DNA of 64,000 nt from Candidatus Altimarinota bacterium. Lineage in GTDB: Bacteria > Patescibacteriota > Gracilibacteria > UBA4473. The stretch covers positions 224,001-288,000 of the forward strand of contig OZ246423.1 in the NCBI GenBank assembly GCA_965231215.1, in the 5' to 3' direction. Position numbers and translations under genes: made by a program. How positions within the stretch are numbered: the stretch's first letter is position 1; every line of letters begins with the position of its first letter. This document shows, in pieces, positions 39,401 to 48,396 of this stretch. The notes beneath the pieces are model-generated. The model was not told where the DNA came from, ran no database searches, and was given only the letters and a program-made list of their open reading frames with translations.

Positions 39401-40143
39401 GCTTCCTTGGCAGTCGTAGATTCATCTTTGTCAATGGTTTTAAGAATTGGGTTTTCTGTTTCATCCGTAATCACCTCCTTAAATAAATCCAAAATTTCTT
39501 GGTTAGATTCATAGCCAAAAGCTCGTAGGAACATCGTTACTGGGATTTTTCTTTTTCGATCTACCTTCACCCATACAAGCCCCCTTTTATCTGTTTCAGC
39601 CTCAAGCCAAGCCCCTCGTTTAGGAATCATTTTCGAAGTGTAGGTTCCCGTCACGGCTGTATTTGGTCCAAAGAAAATCCCAGGACTTCGTACAATTTGA
39701 GAAACAATAACCCGCTCAATTCCATTAATGATAAATGTTCCCGTTTCGGTGATAAGTGGCACTTGCCCAAAGTACACATCTTGTTCTTTAATCTCTCCAG
39801 ACTCAAGATTGGTCAAAGCCACATGCGCTCGGATCGAAGATTCATAAGTGAGTCCTTTTTTCTTGCAGTATGCAATCTCATGTTTTGGATCTTCTACCTC
39901 ATGAGAAAGAATCTCTAGACGCAGTTTTTTCCCTGTAGCATCTTCAATAGGATTAATTTCATCAAGCAGTTCTTGCACTCCTTCGCGCAGAAACCATTCA
40001 TACGAATTAAGCTGTACTTCAATAAGATCTGGAAACGGAAAATCCTTTCCGGTATCAGCTGTAAAAAAATGACGACCGTTGATCTCACCTTGTGGTTTTA
40101 ATGCGGCTGGGAAACTGGTTTTTTTGGTAGAAACTTTGGGCAT
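36490..40143 (-). CDS. rpoB: RNA polymerase beta subunit
   Basis: NGIERVIVSQ, DHLSNRR, SQFMDQTNP, GDKMAGRHGNKG, GGQRFGEMEVWALEAYGA; about 90-aa acidic C-tail. Confidence 0.99.
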   Translation of the reverse strand: MPKVSTKKTSFPAALKPQGEINGRHFFTADTGKDFPFPDLIEVQLNSYEWFLREGVQELLDEINPIEDATGKKLRLEILSHEVEDPKHEIAYCKKKGLTYESSIRAHVALTNLESGEIKEQDVYFGQVPLITETGTFIINGIERVIVSQIVRSPGIFFGPNTAVTGTYTSKMIPKRGAWLEAETDKRGLVWVKVDRKRKIPVTMFLRAFGYESNQEILDLFKEVITDETENPILKTIDKDESTTAKEAWQGVYKRIRPGDLATPENAKAFLESMFFDFKKYDLGPIARYKINQRFELKTKDDEAGRVFRIEDFIEMIKQLIKYNNGTEVCDDDIDHLSNRRVRGVGELVQNKFRVGLLRTERIVKDRMTIVELDSVTPTQLINCRPITAAMREFFASGQLSQFMDQTNPLASLEHKRRISAMGPGGLSRERASFEVRDVHPSHYGRICPVTTPEGPNIGLVLHLASYARVNPMGFIETPYRTVKSTIKNDGKSGSGHIVLSEVMDGKKVAVKKDTVLDDKTVKALAKIKDLKEISVRPYITNEVHYYPAEHERNMCIAQANSKLDEKGQFINNHVSARKNFEPGSYSAEEITHIDVSPKQIVSLSTSLISFLEHDDNTRALMGSNMQRQAVPLVRPESPVIGTGMEHITSEEEVTRAPEDGEVKYADSSEVTFVGKSGKKYTYEVKAFERTNQSTCISQRPRVFTGDKVKKGETLVDGASVEKGDLALGRNLKVAYMSWGGYNYEDAVIVSDRIVREGLFNSIHIEKYEMDVRDTKLGPEELTADIPNVAAGKLKDLDEGGIVRIGATALAGDILAGKVTPKGETELTAEDRLLRAIFGEKAHDVKDSSLRLPRGSGGKVINVEILDRSEGDDLPTGVLKRVIVEVAQMRHLEAGDKMAGRHGNKGVISQIVPSEDMPYMEDGTPVDIILNPLGVSSRMNIGQVLETHLGMAASKMGIKVATPVLDGIKMNTIQDFLKANEMPTDGKFTLFDGKTGEPFDHKVVVGTTYMLKLIHLVEDKIHARSVGPYSLVTQQPLGGKAQNGGQRFGEMEVWALEAYGAAHTLQEMLTIKSDDVHGRAKAYESIVKDEEVDLISIPESFNVLMKELQSLCLKVELLKDGQVEEGVVTDMDDFEENTERSLLKQSEDYAEVGDQNEVENNDTGVHTEDGEAASNLEEQPPEPETTEEAAVETEEPSDDDLAEVEADMEANDEASEK

Positions 40144-40502
40144 GGATTAAAAAAATTAAATTAAAAGTTATTTAAAAAGCTTAAAAACAAGACCTCCAAG
40201 AAAACCCAAAATCACCACCAAAAAGCGTATGTAGCAATACACAACTGAAGGCCTTTTGAATCTGACGAGAGAGTCCGTAGTTTTTTAGCATTTTAAAAAG
40301 AAATAAGCGACAAGACATACACCTTAAAACAAAGCCTTTGTCCTGCCCCATTCATCACTCATCTAAAAATCTTTGGGGAAATTCTCACGAAATATAGTTT
40401 CCTAGTGACTCATGTCAACCTAAAAGGATCAAAAAAAACGAAGGGCAAGACAAAAGAAAAGCCCCTTAGGTAAACTGGATAGAAAGAGGAGGCAAAAAGC
40501 CT

Positions 40503-41141
40503 CTATTCAGCAAATTGAAAAGTTCCAAGCACCGTCTCTAATCCGTAGTAATTGATATCAAATTGATCTTCTGTAGCCGTATAAGTAACGACATACACTG
40601 TTCCATCTTTAATCGTAATAATTTGAGCTACCTTTAGCTCAGTCTCCTCTTGATCCATTGCGTAAGTAACCATTTTAGCTCTTTGGCCAGCTATTTCACC
40701 GTCCTCTTTTGAGAGCACTTCATAATCATCAAAGAAAGCCTCAAGCTCTGAAACAGATTTTTCAATATACTCATCCAGAGAAATATCTTTATTCGCTTCA
40801 TCTAAATTTTCTAAAACAATATTTACATTTTCTTGAAAATCATCAGCACTGCCAGATAAGGGGGAAAGGAACATCACTAAAGTGCCAAAGTGATTATCTC
40901 TTTTTTCCCAATTATCTGGGTAGTTGAAAGAAATACCTTCGTTGTTATAAGTACCCGCAACACCCGTATTGGTTTCACTTTCATCCAAAGCCTGATCTAT
41001 AGTTTCAGAAAGGTCTTGACTGAATTCTTCCACAGGGGGCCCTGGAAGTGTGTTTTGCTTCTCTTCTGGGGTTTTGGCCCTACAGGCGGATAAAGACAAA
41101 ATCAAAACAAAAGCGAGACCAAAAGTGTATAATTTTTTCAT
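40503..41141 (-). CDS. PsbP/DcrB-like lipoprotein
   Basis: Lipobox LSAC; ISFNYPDNW, FQENVNI, YVVTYTA. Confidence 0.75.
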   Translation of the reverse strand: MKKLYTFGLAFVLILSLSACRAKTPEEKQNTLPGPPVEEFSQDLSETIDQALDESETNTGVAGTYNNEGISFNYPDNWEKRDNHFGTLVMFLSPLSGSADDFQENVNIVLENLDEANKDISLDEYIEKSVSELEAFFDDYEVLSKEDGEIAGQRAKMVTYAMDQEETELKVAQIITIKDGTVYVVTYTATEDQFDINYYGLETVLGTFQFAE

Positions 41142-41353
41142 CAGGCCAATTCTATGCTTCACTCAAAACAAACACAAATTTGATTTCACCATTTGCATTA
41201 ATAAACTTCGTTTAGACTTTTTAATACTTCCCAAAATCTTCACACAAAAACACAGAGCAGAAGCCCCCTTTTGTGTGAAAGAAAAGTAATGATGAAGGAA
41301 CGTGCCATTTTCTTTTAAAAAACAAACCAAACAAAAAAATCGAGTTAAAAAAT

Positions 41354-41443
41354 GGAGAGGTGACAGAGTGGTCGAATGTGCTCGCCTGGAACGCGGGTGT
41401 GGGGGCAACTCCACCGTGGGTTCGAATCCCATCCTCTCCGCCA
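41354..41443 (+). tRNA. tRNA-Ser(GGA)
   Basis: GGAGAGG...CTCGC-CTGGAAC-GCGGG, long variable arm, GGTTCGAATCC..CCTCTCCGCCA. Confidence 0.96.
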
Positions 41444-41653
41444 GAACATACACTAATGGCACCTGATTCCTTTCCACTCTAGTGGACAGTAATGAGGAGC
41501 TTTTGTGTATTTAAAGAATTTAAACCCTTTCTAGGATTGGTTCTAGTGTTTCAAGGGTAGTAGACCTATAACCATATCTAGAGTGGGCACTAAGGGCGAT
41601 TTCCAAAGAACAAAAAAGGCTCCAAATAAATCACTTGAAGCCTTGTCTTAACA

Positions 41654-41818
41654 TTACCTCTCAGTACCACTATAATCTTCATCTTCCCAATCTTCTTCAT
41701 CCTCATAAGATTGAATTTCAGTCATAATATCTCGAATGCTACGTCCACGTGTACGGAGTGATTTAAAAACGAACTTTGAATTTAAGTCGGAGTCGTTTTT
41801 ATATGTTAGATTTTTCAT
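41654..41818 (-). CDS. Small protein with acidic tail (54 aa)
   Basis: Below the track cutoff. MKNLTYKNDSDLNSKFVFKSLRTRGRSIRDIMTEIQSYEDEEDWEDEDYSGTER, starting 12 nt after the preceding stop. Confidence 0.55.
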   Translation of the reverse strand: MKNLTYKNDSDLNSKFVFKSLRTRGRSIRDIMTEIQSYEDEEDWEDEDYSGTER

Positions 41819-41830
41819 GATTATTTAAGG

Positions 41831-42265
41831 TTAAAAGCTATGATCTAGCGACTTTTTGTCGATGACATCAAATTTATCGAGTTCTTTATAGTAGATAATA
41901 TAGATCAACAAGTTCGCTAGACTAAAACAGGCATACAAAATATTCACCCACAAGCTTTGGTCATTGATAGCAAAGATAACCTCTATGGCTGGCGCTATAA
42001 TGGCGATTTGCACCAGATATTTAATGCTTAGATTCTGATACTTAAAATAAAACACCATTATTTTGTACGCTTTTAAAAGCACAATGATGTAAGCAATGTT
42101 GTGAATAATGTTATTAAAGTCAGGTTCAAAGCTAGTCAACAAAAGGTTGAGTCCCATTCTAACGCTGTAAATTATCAACGCTAAAATTGTGATCATAATA
42201 ACTATCGTAAACACAAAATCGGTGTACTTCGTGATTTGTTCGATTCTGGCTTTAATATTTTTCAT
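41831..42265 (-). CDS. PsiE-like membrane protein
   Basis: 144 aa, 4 TM segments, YF.....IKYLVQIAIIA pattern. Confidence 0.6.
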   Translation of the reverse strand: MKNIKARIEQITKYTDFVFTIVIMITILALIIYSVRMGLNLLLTSFEPDFNNIIHNIAYIIVLLKAYKIMVFYFKYQNLSIKYLVQIAIIAPAIEVIFAINDQSLWVNILYACFSLANLLIYIIYYKELDKFDVIDKKSLDHSF

Positions 42266-42271
42266 ATTTTT

Positions 42272-44647
42272 TTAGGCCGTTAGTGTAAATTGTTTTTGGC
42301 GGTTTCTCAGCCAGCGGCGAACCAGTCCAAAAATGACAATCAAAATCGGCATGATAAGAACATTTGCCCAACGTATAGTGGCTTTAGCCTCATCTGACAT
42401 GAGTTTTATTGGACGATCGGTAATTTGTTTAGAACGGATAGAAATCAATGATTCTCCAATGGTTAGAGCATCAATAGCATTACTCATAAATACTAGATTT
42501 TCAGGAGAGTTTTGAATGAACTCTCGGGTGATGAATCGAGTATTGGGTACAAACAAGAATTTTCCTTCTCCCTCTCGCTGTGCCATAACCGCTAATGGAA
42601 GCGGTTCTCGTTCTTCTCGAGTGATTCCAAACTCCTGCTGAGGATCGAGTGAAATCATGGTATCTGTCCAGACTTCTTTCATTTCTGGCTCGGGAGTTTC
42701 TTCATTATTTTCTGCTTCTGAGTTTTCGCCACCCCCTTCAACTTCAGACTTTTCAGTAGATCCCTCAGGTTCTACTGGCACTTTGCTCAGTTGTTTTCCT
42801 GGAAGTTCTTGATAATACGGTGAAGTTTGAGCGAGTACTTCGATATTAACATCGTCTTTTTCAGTTACTTCAATCGGGCTTACCCAAGGGAACGTGACAC
42901 TTGGAAGATCCCCAGTAATAGCATTTTCTTTCGCTAGATCGACTGATTTTACCCAGAGAGGGTATGGAAGACTCATGCGAAAAAAACCTCCAGAAAAGCT
43001 CGCATTATCATTTACCGCATCAGCAATAAGGCTCGTTCGGATATTCAATCCGTAGTCCTCCAAAATATTGGCGAAGTCAGTAGAAGCATTCTGGGTGAAT
43101 GAACCAAGTACATTAATAGCATCCGTTAGAAAGATAATATTTTTACCCTCGGTTGATAAAGATTTCAGCTTTTCAGCCTCTTCATCCGTAAAATCCTCTG
43201 TAGCGCCCGCAATAATCAAAGTTTGCAGTTCCGAAAGATTTTCATCTTCTAGGGTTACACTTCGAACTTCATAGTTTTTACTCAAAACATCCTGCAATGG
43301 AATCTCATCTTCTCCACCTTCTCGGAATCTTCGTTCCAAATTACTCAGGGTTTTCGTTCCATGGTCGCTTAAAAAGCCAATGATCGGTAGTTTTTCCGTA
43401 GAAACTTTCTTTATGGCTGAGGTGAGTTGGTACTCAAAGTCACTCAAATCGGTAATCGCTGGTAAAGTTTCAAATTTAGTAAATCGTTCAGAAAATTCGG
43501 TTTTAGAACTATCTTCGGTGGTAACCGCCAATCCCAAATAAGCTTGTACTACTTGCTGTTGATCTCGTTCGATCACTTGTAATTGAAGGGGTAATACACC
43601 AAATTGATATACCCAATTTTGAGCGTCTTCATCTGTTTTTGGATCAAGAATTTCTAACTCAAGATGTCCACTACTTCGAGATTCATATTCATCAAGCATA
43701 TCTTGAACATCTCGAGATAAGCTTTGCATTTGAGCTGGAATATTGCTCGATATAAACGCTTTAATGGAAACTGGCTTTTCGAGTGTTTCCAAGATGTCTT
43801 TTGATGCGGTTGAAAGGGTGTAATTTTTATTAGCCGTTCCATCAAAACGTGCGAAAGCAAACTGACTCCCAATGTTGAGTAAAATAGCGACTAAAACCGT
43901 AACGGCTGTAGCACTTCGCCAGAAAAGACGCTTTGGCCAAAAGGAAGCGGACAAGAAAGCCATATTAGCCAGTAAAAACAAGCTTATAAAGCTGACATAG
44001 AAGATAATGTCTCGAGTATCAATAACTCCACGAATCATCGATTTATAGTGAGCGCCCAAACCAATTTGTCCTAAAATTTCTCCAATCACGCTCGGAAAAA
44101 AGATGGTCACAAAGCCTTCTCCAACAATGTAGAAAGCAAAACACACCAAGATAGAAATAAGAAAGGCGACAATTTGGTTTTTCGTAATAGCCGAGACGAG
44201 CAAGCCAATCGAAATGTACGCACACCCGAGCAGTAAGGCTCCCAGATAAGAAATCCAAACCACACCCCAGTCAAGGCTTCCAAGGGTTGAGACAGAAAAG
44301 GCAAATGGCAGCGTCAAAGCTAAGGCGAGCAGTAAAAAGAGTCCAATACTGGCGGCTTTGGCAAGCACGATTTTTATGGGGGATATTCCGCTGGTAAATA
44401 AAGTCTCAATGGTTCCAGACCTTGTTTCTTCCGCCCAAGAACGCATGGTAAAGCTCGGAATCAGGAAAAGGAATGTCCACGGCAGTAAGAGAAAAAAGTC
44501 TCTCATGTCAGCTTGTCCAAGTAGAAAGAACGTTCGAAAGAACATCCAACCACTAAAACTAAGAAAGACCGCTAAAAAGACATACCCAATAGCAGAGTTA
44601 AAGAATATACGAAATTCTTTCTGAATAATGGCTAAAATTGATTTCAT
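42272..44647 (-). CDS. GldF-like ABC-2 permease fused to a GldG-like extracytoplasmic domain
   Basis: KEFRIFFNS, TMRSWAEE.RSGTIE.L, TKNQIVA, RGVIDTRD; then RFD.T..K.YTLS, EYQLTSAI, N..F..NAID, LISIRSK. Confidence 0.85.
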   Translation of the reverse strand: MKSILAIIQKEFRIFFNSAIGYVFLAVFLSFSGWMFFRTFFLLGQADMRDFFLLLPWTFLFLIPSFTMRSWAEETRSGTIETLFTSGISPIKIVLAKAASIGLFLLLALALTLPFAFSVSTLGSLDWGVVWISYLGALLLGCAYISIGLLVSAITKNQIVAFLISILVCFAFYIVGEGFVTIFFPSVIGEILGQIGLGAHYKSMIRGVIDTRDIIFYVSFISLFLLANMAFLSASFWPKRLFWRSATAVTVLVAILLNIGSQFAFARFDGTANKNYTLSTASKDILETLEKPVSIKAFISSNIPAQMQSLSRDVQDMLDEYESRSSGHLELEILDPKTDEDAQNWVYQFGVLPLQLQVIERDQQQVVQAYLGLAVTTEDSSKTEFSERFTKFETLPAITDLSDFEYQLTSAIKKVSTEKLPIIGFLSDHGTKTLSNLERRFREGGEDEIPLQDVLSKNYEVRSVTLEDENLSELQTLIIAGATEDFTDEEAEKLKSLSTEGKNIIFLTDAINVLGSFTQNASTDFANILEDYGLNIRTSLIADAVNDNASFSGGFFRMSLPYPLWVKSVDLAKENAITGDLPSVTFPWVSPIEVTEKDDVNIEVLAQTSPYYQELPGKQLSKVPVEPEGSTEKSEVEGGGENSEAENNEETPEPEMKEVWTDTMISLDPQQEFGITREEREPLPLAVMAQREGEGKFLFVPNTRFITREFIQNSPENLVFMSNAIDALTIGESLISIRSKQITDRPIKLMSDEAKATIRWANVLIMPILIVIFGLVRRWLRNRQKQFTLTA

Positions 44648-45573
44648 TTTTGTTGTTGGGTTAAGTGTCTAAAGATGTCTTCTAGTGAAGCTTTTTGGAG
44701 AGAAAGACCGATCAAATCTAATTTTGCCTGAATAACTTTTCGAGCCACTTCCGCTCGACAGTCATTGTCCGCATGAACAAGAAGTATATGATCTGATTTT
44801 TCTACATGAGTTACTCCTTTTATGGCCTCAACAGCTTTTTTAGCTTTGGTTATATCAGACGCTTTACCGTCAATTTCTACCGCAATATGGAATTGCGCTT
44901 CACTACTCCCAAAAGATAGTTTTGATTTTTCACTTTCCTCGATCACTTGTCCGTTATTGATAACTATTACGTTATCAGCCATAGCTTCTACCTCTTGCAT
45001 GATATGGGTAGAGAGAAGGATCGTTTTGTCTTCTTTCCACGAAGCAATCAGCTCTCGGATTTCTAAAATCTGATTGGGGTCAAGCCCGGTGGTGGGTTCA
45101 TCCAAGATCAAAATCTCCGGATCATGAATGATGGCTTGAGCAAGTCCGACTCTTTGTTTATACCCTTTGGAAAGTTCTGAAATATCGAAGTAAAGTTTTT
45201 CACTTAAACCACAAGATTTAGCGACAATTCGAATGCGTTTTTCTCTCTCAGATTCAGGAATGCCATGTATTTTGGCACTAAAGTCTAAGTGTTCCCATAC
45301 ATTGAGTTCGGGATAGAGAGGCGCATTTTCAGGTAGATACCCGATATGGCTCTGGAGACGTTCTCGGTTTTTTTCGGTTAAGACCTCACCATCAATGAGC
45401 ACCTGCCCACTACTGGCCTCTAAAAAACCTGTAATTATCTTCATAGAGGTGGTTTTCCCCGCTCCATTTGGACCGAGGAGAGCGGTGATTTTTCCTTTTT
45501 CAATGGTGAAATTCACGCCGTCTAGAGCGATAAAATTTCCATAACGTTTTTGTATATTTTGGAGTTCAATCAT
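44644..45573 (-). CDS. ABC transporter ATP-binding protein (GldA-like)
   Basis: GPNGAGKTT, LSKGYKQRVGLAQA, LDEPTTGLDPNQ, STH. Confidence 0.93.
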   Translation of the reverse strand: MIELQNIQKRYGNFIALDGVNFTIEKGKITALLGPNGAGKTTSMKIITGFLEASSGQVLIDGEVLTEKNRERLQSHIGYLPENAPLYPELNVWEHLDFSAKIHGIPESEREKRIRIVAKSCGLSEKLYFDISELSKGYKQRVGLAQAIIHDPEILILDEPTTGLDPNQILEIRELIASWKEDKTILLSTHIMQEVEAMADNVIVINNGQVIEESEKSKLSFGSSEAQFHIAVEIDGKASDITKAKKAVEAIKGVTHVEKSDHILLVHADNDCRAEVARKVIQAKLDLIGLSLQKASLEDIFRHLTQQQK

Positions 45574-45584
45574 CTTATAGAGCG

Positions 45585-46154
45585 TTAATCGGTAGTAATA
45601 GGAATAACATCTGTTGAAGCTGGTTCAACTGATTTTTTTGGCAGAGTTATAGTAAGGGTTCCGTCTTTGTATTTTGCTTCTGTAGCTGATTTGTCTACAG
45701 GATGAGGCAGAAGGATTTGGCGGGCAAAGCTCCCACTTAATCGCTCTCGGTAGTAATATTTTTTATCATCTTTTTCTTCTGACTCCTGATTTTCTTTCTT
45801 TCCCTGAACCATGAGCCAGCGATCATTTTTAACTTCTACTTCAATATCTTCCAGATCAAAGTGTGGAATATCAATCGTAGCAACTAATTGATCTTCTTGT
45901 TCTTCTAAATCGAGGGGGTAGTTGTTCGCTATCGAAATTCTAGGAAAAGAAAAATCCCATAAGTTACTATTCCAACGATTCATAAAGTTTCGATGATAGG
46001 AAAAGAAAGGGTCATCAAAAAAGGGATCATCCCAAATATCTTGGTATCGATTATTGTTCGTTTCTTCATTTCGTTCCCACCAAAAAGCATGGGCTGTAGT
46101 GTGACTCAACAAAATAAGGCCGAGCAAAAAAACAGATATGATTTTTTTCATCAT
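45585..46154 (-). CDS. Hsp20/alpha-crystallin protein with N-terminal signal peptide
   Basis: MMKKIISVFLLGLILLSHTTAHA|F; core YYRERLSGSFARQILLP...AKYKDGTLTITLPK. Confidence 0.85.
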   Translation of the reverse strand: MMKKIISVFLLGLILLSHTTAHAFWWERNEETNNNRYQDIWDDPFFDDPFFSYHRNFMNRWNSNLWDFSFPRISIANNYPLDLEEQEDQLVATIDIPHFDLEDIEVEVKNDRWLMVQGKKENQESEEKDDKKYYYRERLSGSFARQILLPHPVDKSATEAKYKDGTLTITLPKKSVEPASTDVIPITTD

Positions 46155-46220
46155 TAAAAAGGTTAGAAAATAATTAAGCATTCCCAGCCCCTAAGTTAAG
46201 AGACTGGGAATATAAAAGAT

Positions 46221-46700
46221 CTACTTCAGAAGTTTCACTTTTAGACTTTTGCGCTTACTTTCTTCCCTTTTGGGGATTTCGATCGTTAATACTCCGTTTT
46301 TAGAACTGCACTCTGCTTCTTCTAAATGAGCAGAAGCAGGAAATTGAAGTTTCTGATAAAAAGAACCACTCATACGTTCATTTCTGAGGTATTTACTAGA
46401 ATTTTCTTCAGAAGCAGATTCGCGACTTCCATGAACAATAAGAGCATTATCTTCGATTTCGACAGAAACATCGTCAGGATCAAATCCTGGCAAGTCCATC
46501 TGAGCGATAAATTTATGTTCTTCTTCACGAACATCCATTGCTGGGCTCATGTGGTGCTTAGTTGATCCATGTGTGTCAAAAAATGGATCTTGAAAAAATG
46601 GGGAAGTTCCCCAGAAATCTCCAAAAAAATTTCCTAGACTAGAGTCAAAAGGAGATGGAGAAAGCGTTTGTGGCCGATGCCGAACGATTCTTGTACTCAT
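46221..46700 (-). CDS. Hsp20/alpha-crystallin protein (cytoplasmic)
   Basis: PAMDVRE, DLPG, ERMSGSF, KNGVLTIEIPK. Confidence 0.92.
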   Translation of the reverse strand: MSTRIVRHRPQTLSPSPFDSSLGNFFGDFWGTSPFFQDPFFDTHGSTKHHMSPAMDVREEEHKFIAQMDLPGFDPDDVSVEIEDNALIVHGSRESASEENSSKYLRNERMSGSFYQKLQFPASAHLEEAECSSKNGVLTIEIPKREESKRKSLKVKLLK

Positions 46701-46722
46701 GATGAATAAAGATTAAGAAATA

Positions 46723-46749
46723 TTAGCAGTCTCATTATAAGACTGCCAA
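46723..46749. promoter_or_regulatory. CIRCE-like operator (HrcA)
   Basis: TTAGCAGTC-N9-GACTGCCAA versus consensus TTAGCACTC-N9-GAGTGCTAA, 22 nt upstream of the hsp20 start. Confidence 0.8.
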
Positions 46750-46940
46750 AAAAGAGAGTCAAGAAAACTTATATTGACAAAGTCAATTTCTTGAAATTTT
46801 GATAAATTTTTAAGGGTAAAAATGTGACCGATGCACTATGAGGATAGGGCTGGAGGATAAAACTAAGCTTGAGATCTTGTTGAGCTTTATGGGGATTGAT
46901 ACAGTTTTTGAAGTGGGTTCGAATCCCATCCTCTCCGCCA

Positions 46941-47077
46941 TTTTAAAAATATCAGGCTTATGCCTGATTTTTTCAAGTAACTCGGAAGGTATGAGAACCC
47001 GTATCTGAAAGAGGGGTTCGATACACAGTCACGCTAAAAACTTTTCAAAAGCTTGAGTAATCCCTGTCTCTCCGCCA
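46941..47077 (+). repeat. tRNA-associated repeat unit ending in a degenerate tRNA-Ser 3' end
   Basis: Terminator-like hairpin, then GAGAACCC...GGGTTCGA, then AATCCCTGTCTCTCCGCCA (47059-77), 137 bp after the att copy. Confidence 0.6.
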
Positions 47078-47196
47078 GAAAAACAGACCATAAGGCATTA
47101 AATTAATCTCGGCATACAGAAGATTGATCCCTCTCTTTTAGAGGTAAATTGAGTCAGTAACCCAATACTTATCTACCTAAACTTTAAAAAGAAAAA

Positions 47197-48030
47197 CTAT
47201 TTAATAGTTTGCCCTGGCAAAATAAGATCAAGAACTCCGTGCCCCATCCATTTTTTAATAAATTTGGCTACTTTTCCATCTAGGTTTGGCGTGTACCTTC
47301 TTTTAGGCGCACTACTTCGAGCTGCATGCAGCACCGCCTTGGCTATCGTGTCTGGGGATGCCCCGTTATCAACTCCTTTACTCCAGTGGGCCCGAAAATT
47401 TTTCATCTGCGTTTTATAAGGCGCGGCATTCGGATGTTTTTCACATTTATCAAGGTAGGGTAAACTGGCGTTATCAATATCCGTATCGATATACCCCGGC
47501 TCTATAAGCGATACCTTAATACCAAAGGCTTTCACCTCCATTCGAAGTGCATCTCCAAGCGCTTGTTGTGCATGTTTAGTGGCTGGGTACCAAGCCATAC
47601 CAGGCAACGAAACATGACCAGCACTTGAAGAACAGATAATAACTCGACCAAATTGTTGGGCTCTCATATGTGGTAAAACCGCAGTAAGCACCCTAGCATT
47701 CCCCAACACATTCACATCAAACTGGTAGCGCACATCTTCAATATCTTGCAGCTCTACTGGCCCCAAAAGACAAAATCCCGCATTGGCAAATAACGCATCA
47801 ATACGCCCTTCTTTTTCAATGATCGTATCCACCACTTTTTGCACGGCCTCATCATCGGTTACATCACAGTGCATAGCGATGGCTCCAAGAGCTTCTAAAT
47901 CTTTCATTAGTTCGACACGACGAGCCACACCATAGACTTTAAATCCATTTTCCTGCAGCATTTTTGCCGAAGCGTGTCCGATTCCAGTTGAAGCACCAGT
48001 AACCAGTGCAATTTTTTGAGAATTTTTCAT
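47197..48030 (-). CDS. SDR-family oxidoreductase
   Basis: TGASTGIG, NAG, YPATKH, IEPG. Confidence 0.93.
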   Translation of the reverse strand: MKNSQKIALVTGASTGIGHASAKMLQENGFKVYGVARRVELMKDLEALGAIAMHCDVTDDEAVQKVVDTIIEKEGRIDALFANAGFCLLGPVELQDIEDVRYQFDVNVLGNARVLTAVLPHMRAQQFGRVIICSSSAGHVSLPGMAWYPATKHAQQALGDALRMEVKAFGIKVSLIEPGYIDTDIDNASLPYLDKCEKHPNAAPYKTQMKNFRAHWSKGVDNGASPDTIAKAVLHAARSSAPKRRYTPNLDGKVAKFIKKWMGHGVLDLILPGQTIK

Positions 48031-48396
48031 GAAATTTTAAATGAGTACTTACTCACTTTGTAAATTATAACTTGGAAGTCAAATTAATTTTTTAACGCGC
48101 TAATGAACTCTCAATTCATTTAAAGCTCTAAAGTTTTTTCCAAATTTTTGATTTTTTAGAAATGGTTCTGAGTGAGCATTAACCCGTGTTTTTAGAAAAA
48201 TATTTTTTCATTGAAAATTTTTTTTGTCAATTAATTTTTTAGTTTTTAGTTTTTTACTTAAAGGATATCTTCACTTTTTTTTATCGTCTTTTTTTGAGCA
48301 CAAAAATAGTTCTTAATCTTGACTTAATATTCACATAGTAGAACTTTAGATAATTTTATGTTCCAATAAACAGGTACAAAAATGTGATTTTTTAAA

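Larger units (their letters stand above)
41416..46940. mobile_element. tRNA-Ser-anchored genomic island bounded by 28-bp direct repeats, no integrase
   Basis: GTGGGTTCGAATCCCATCCTCTCCGCCA at 41416-41443 and identically at 46913-46940. Confidence 0.75.

Noticed and set aside
41163-41477. 104-aa minus-strand ORF
   Set aside because: It is the antisense reading of tRNA-Ser.
46826-46912. Possible integrase remnant next to the right att copy
   Set aside because: No recognisable recombinase motif or sizeable ORF could be read.
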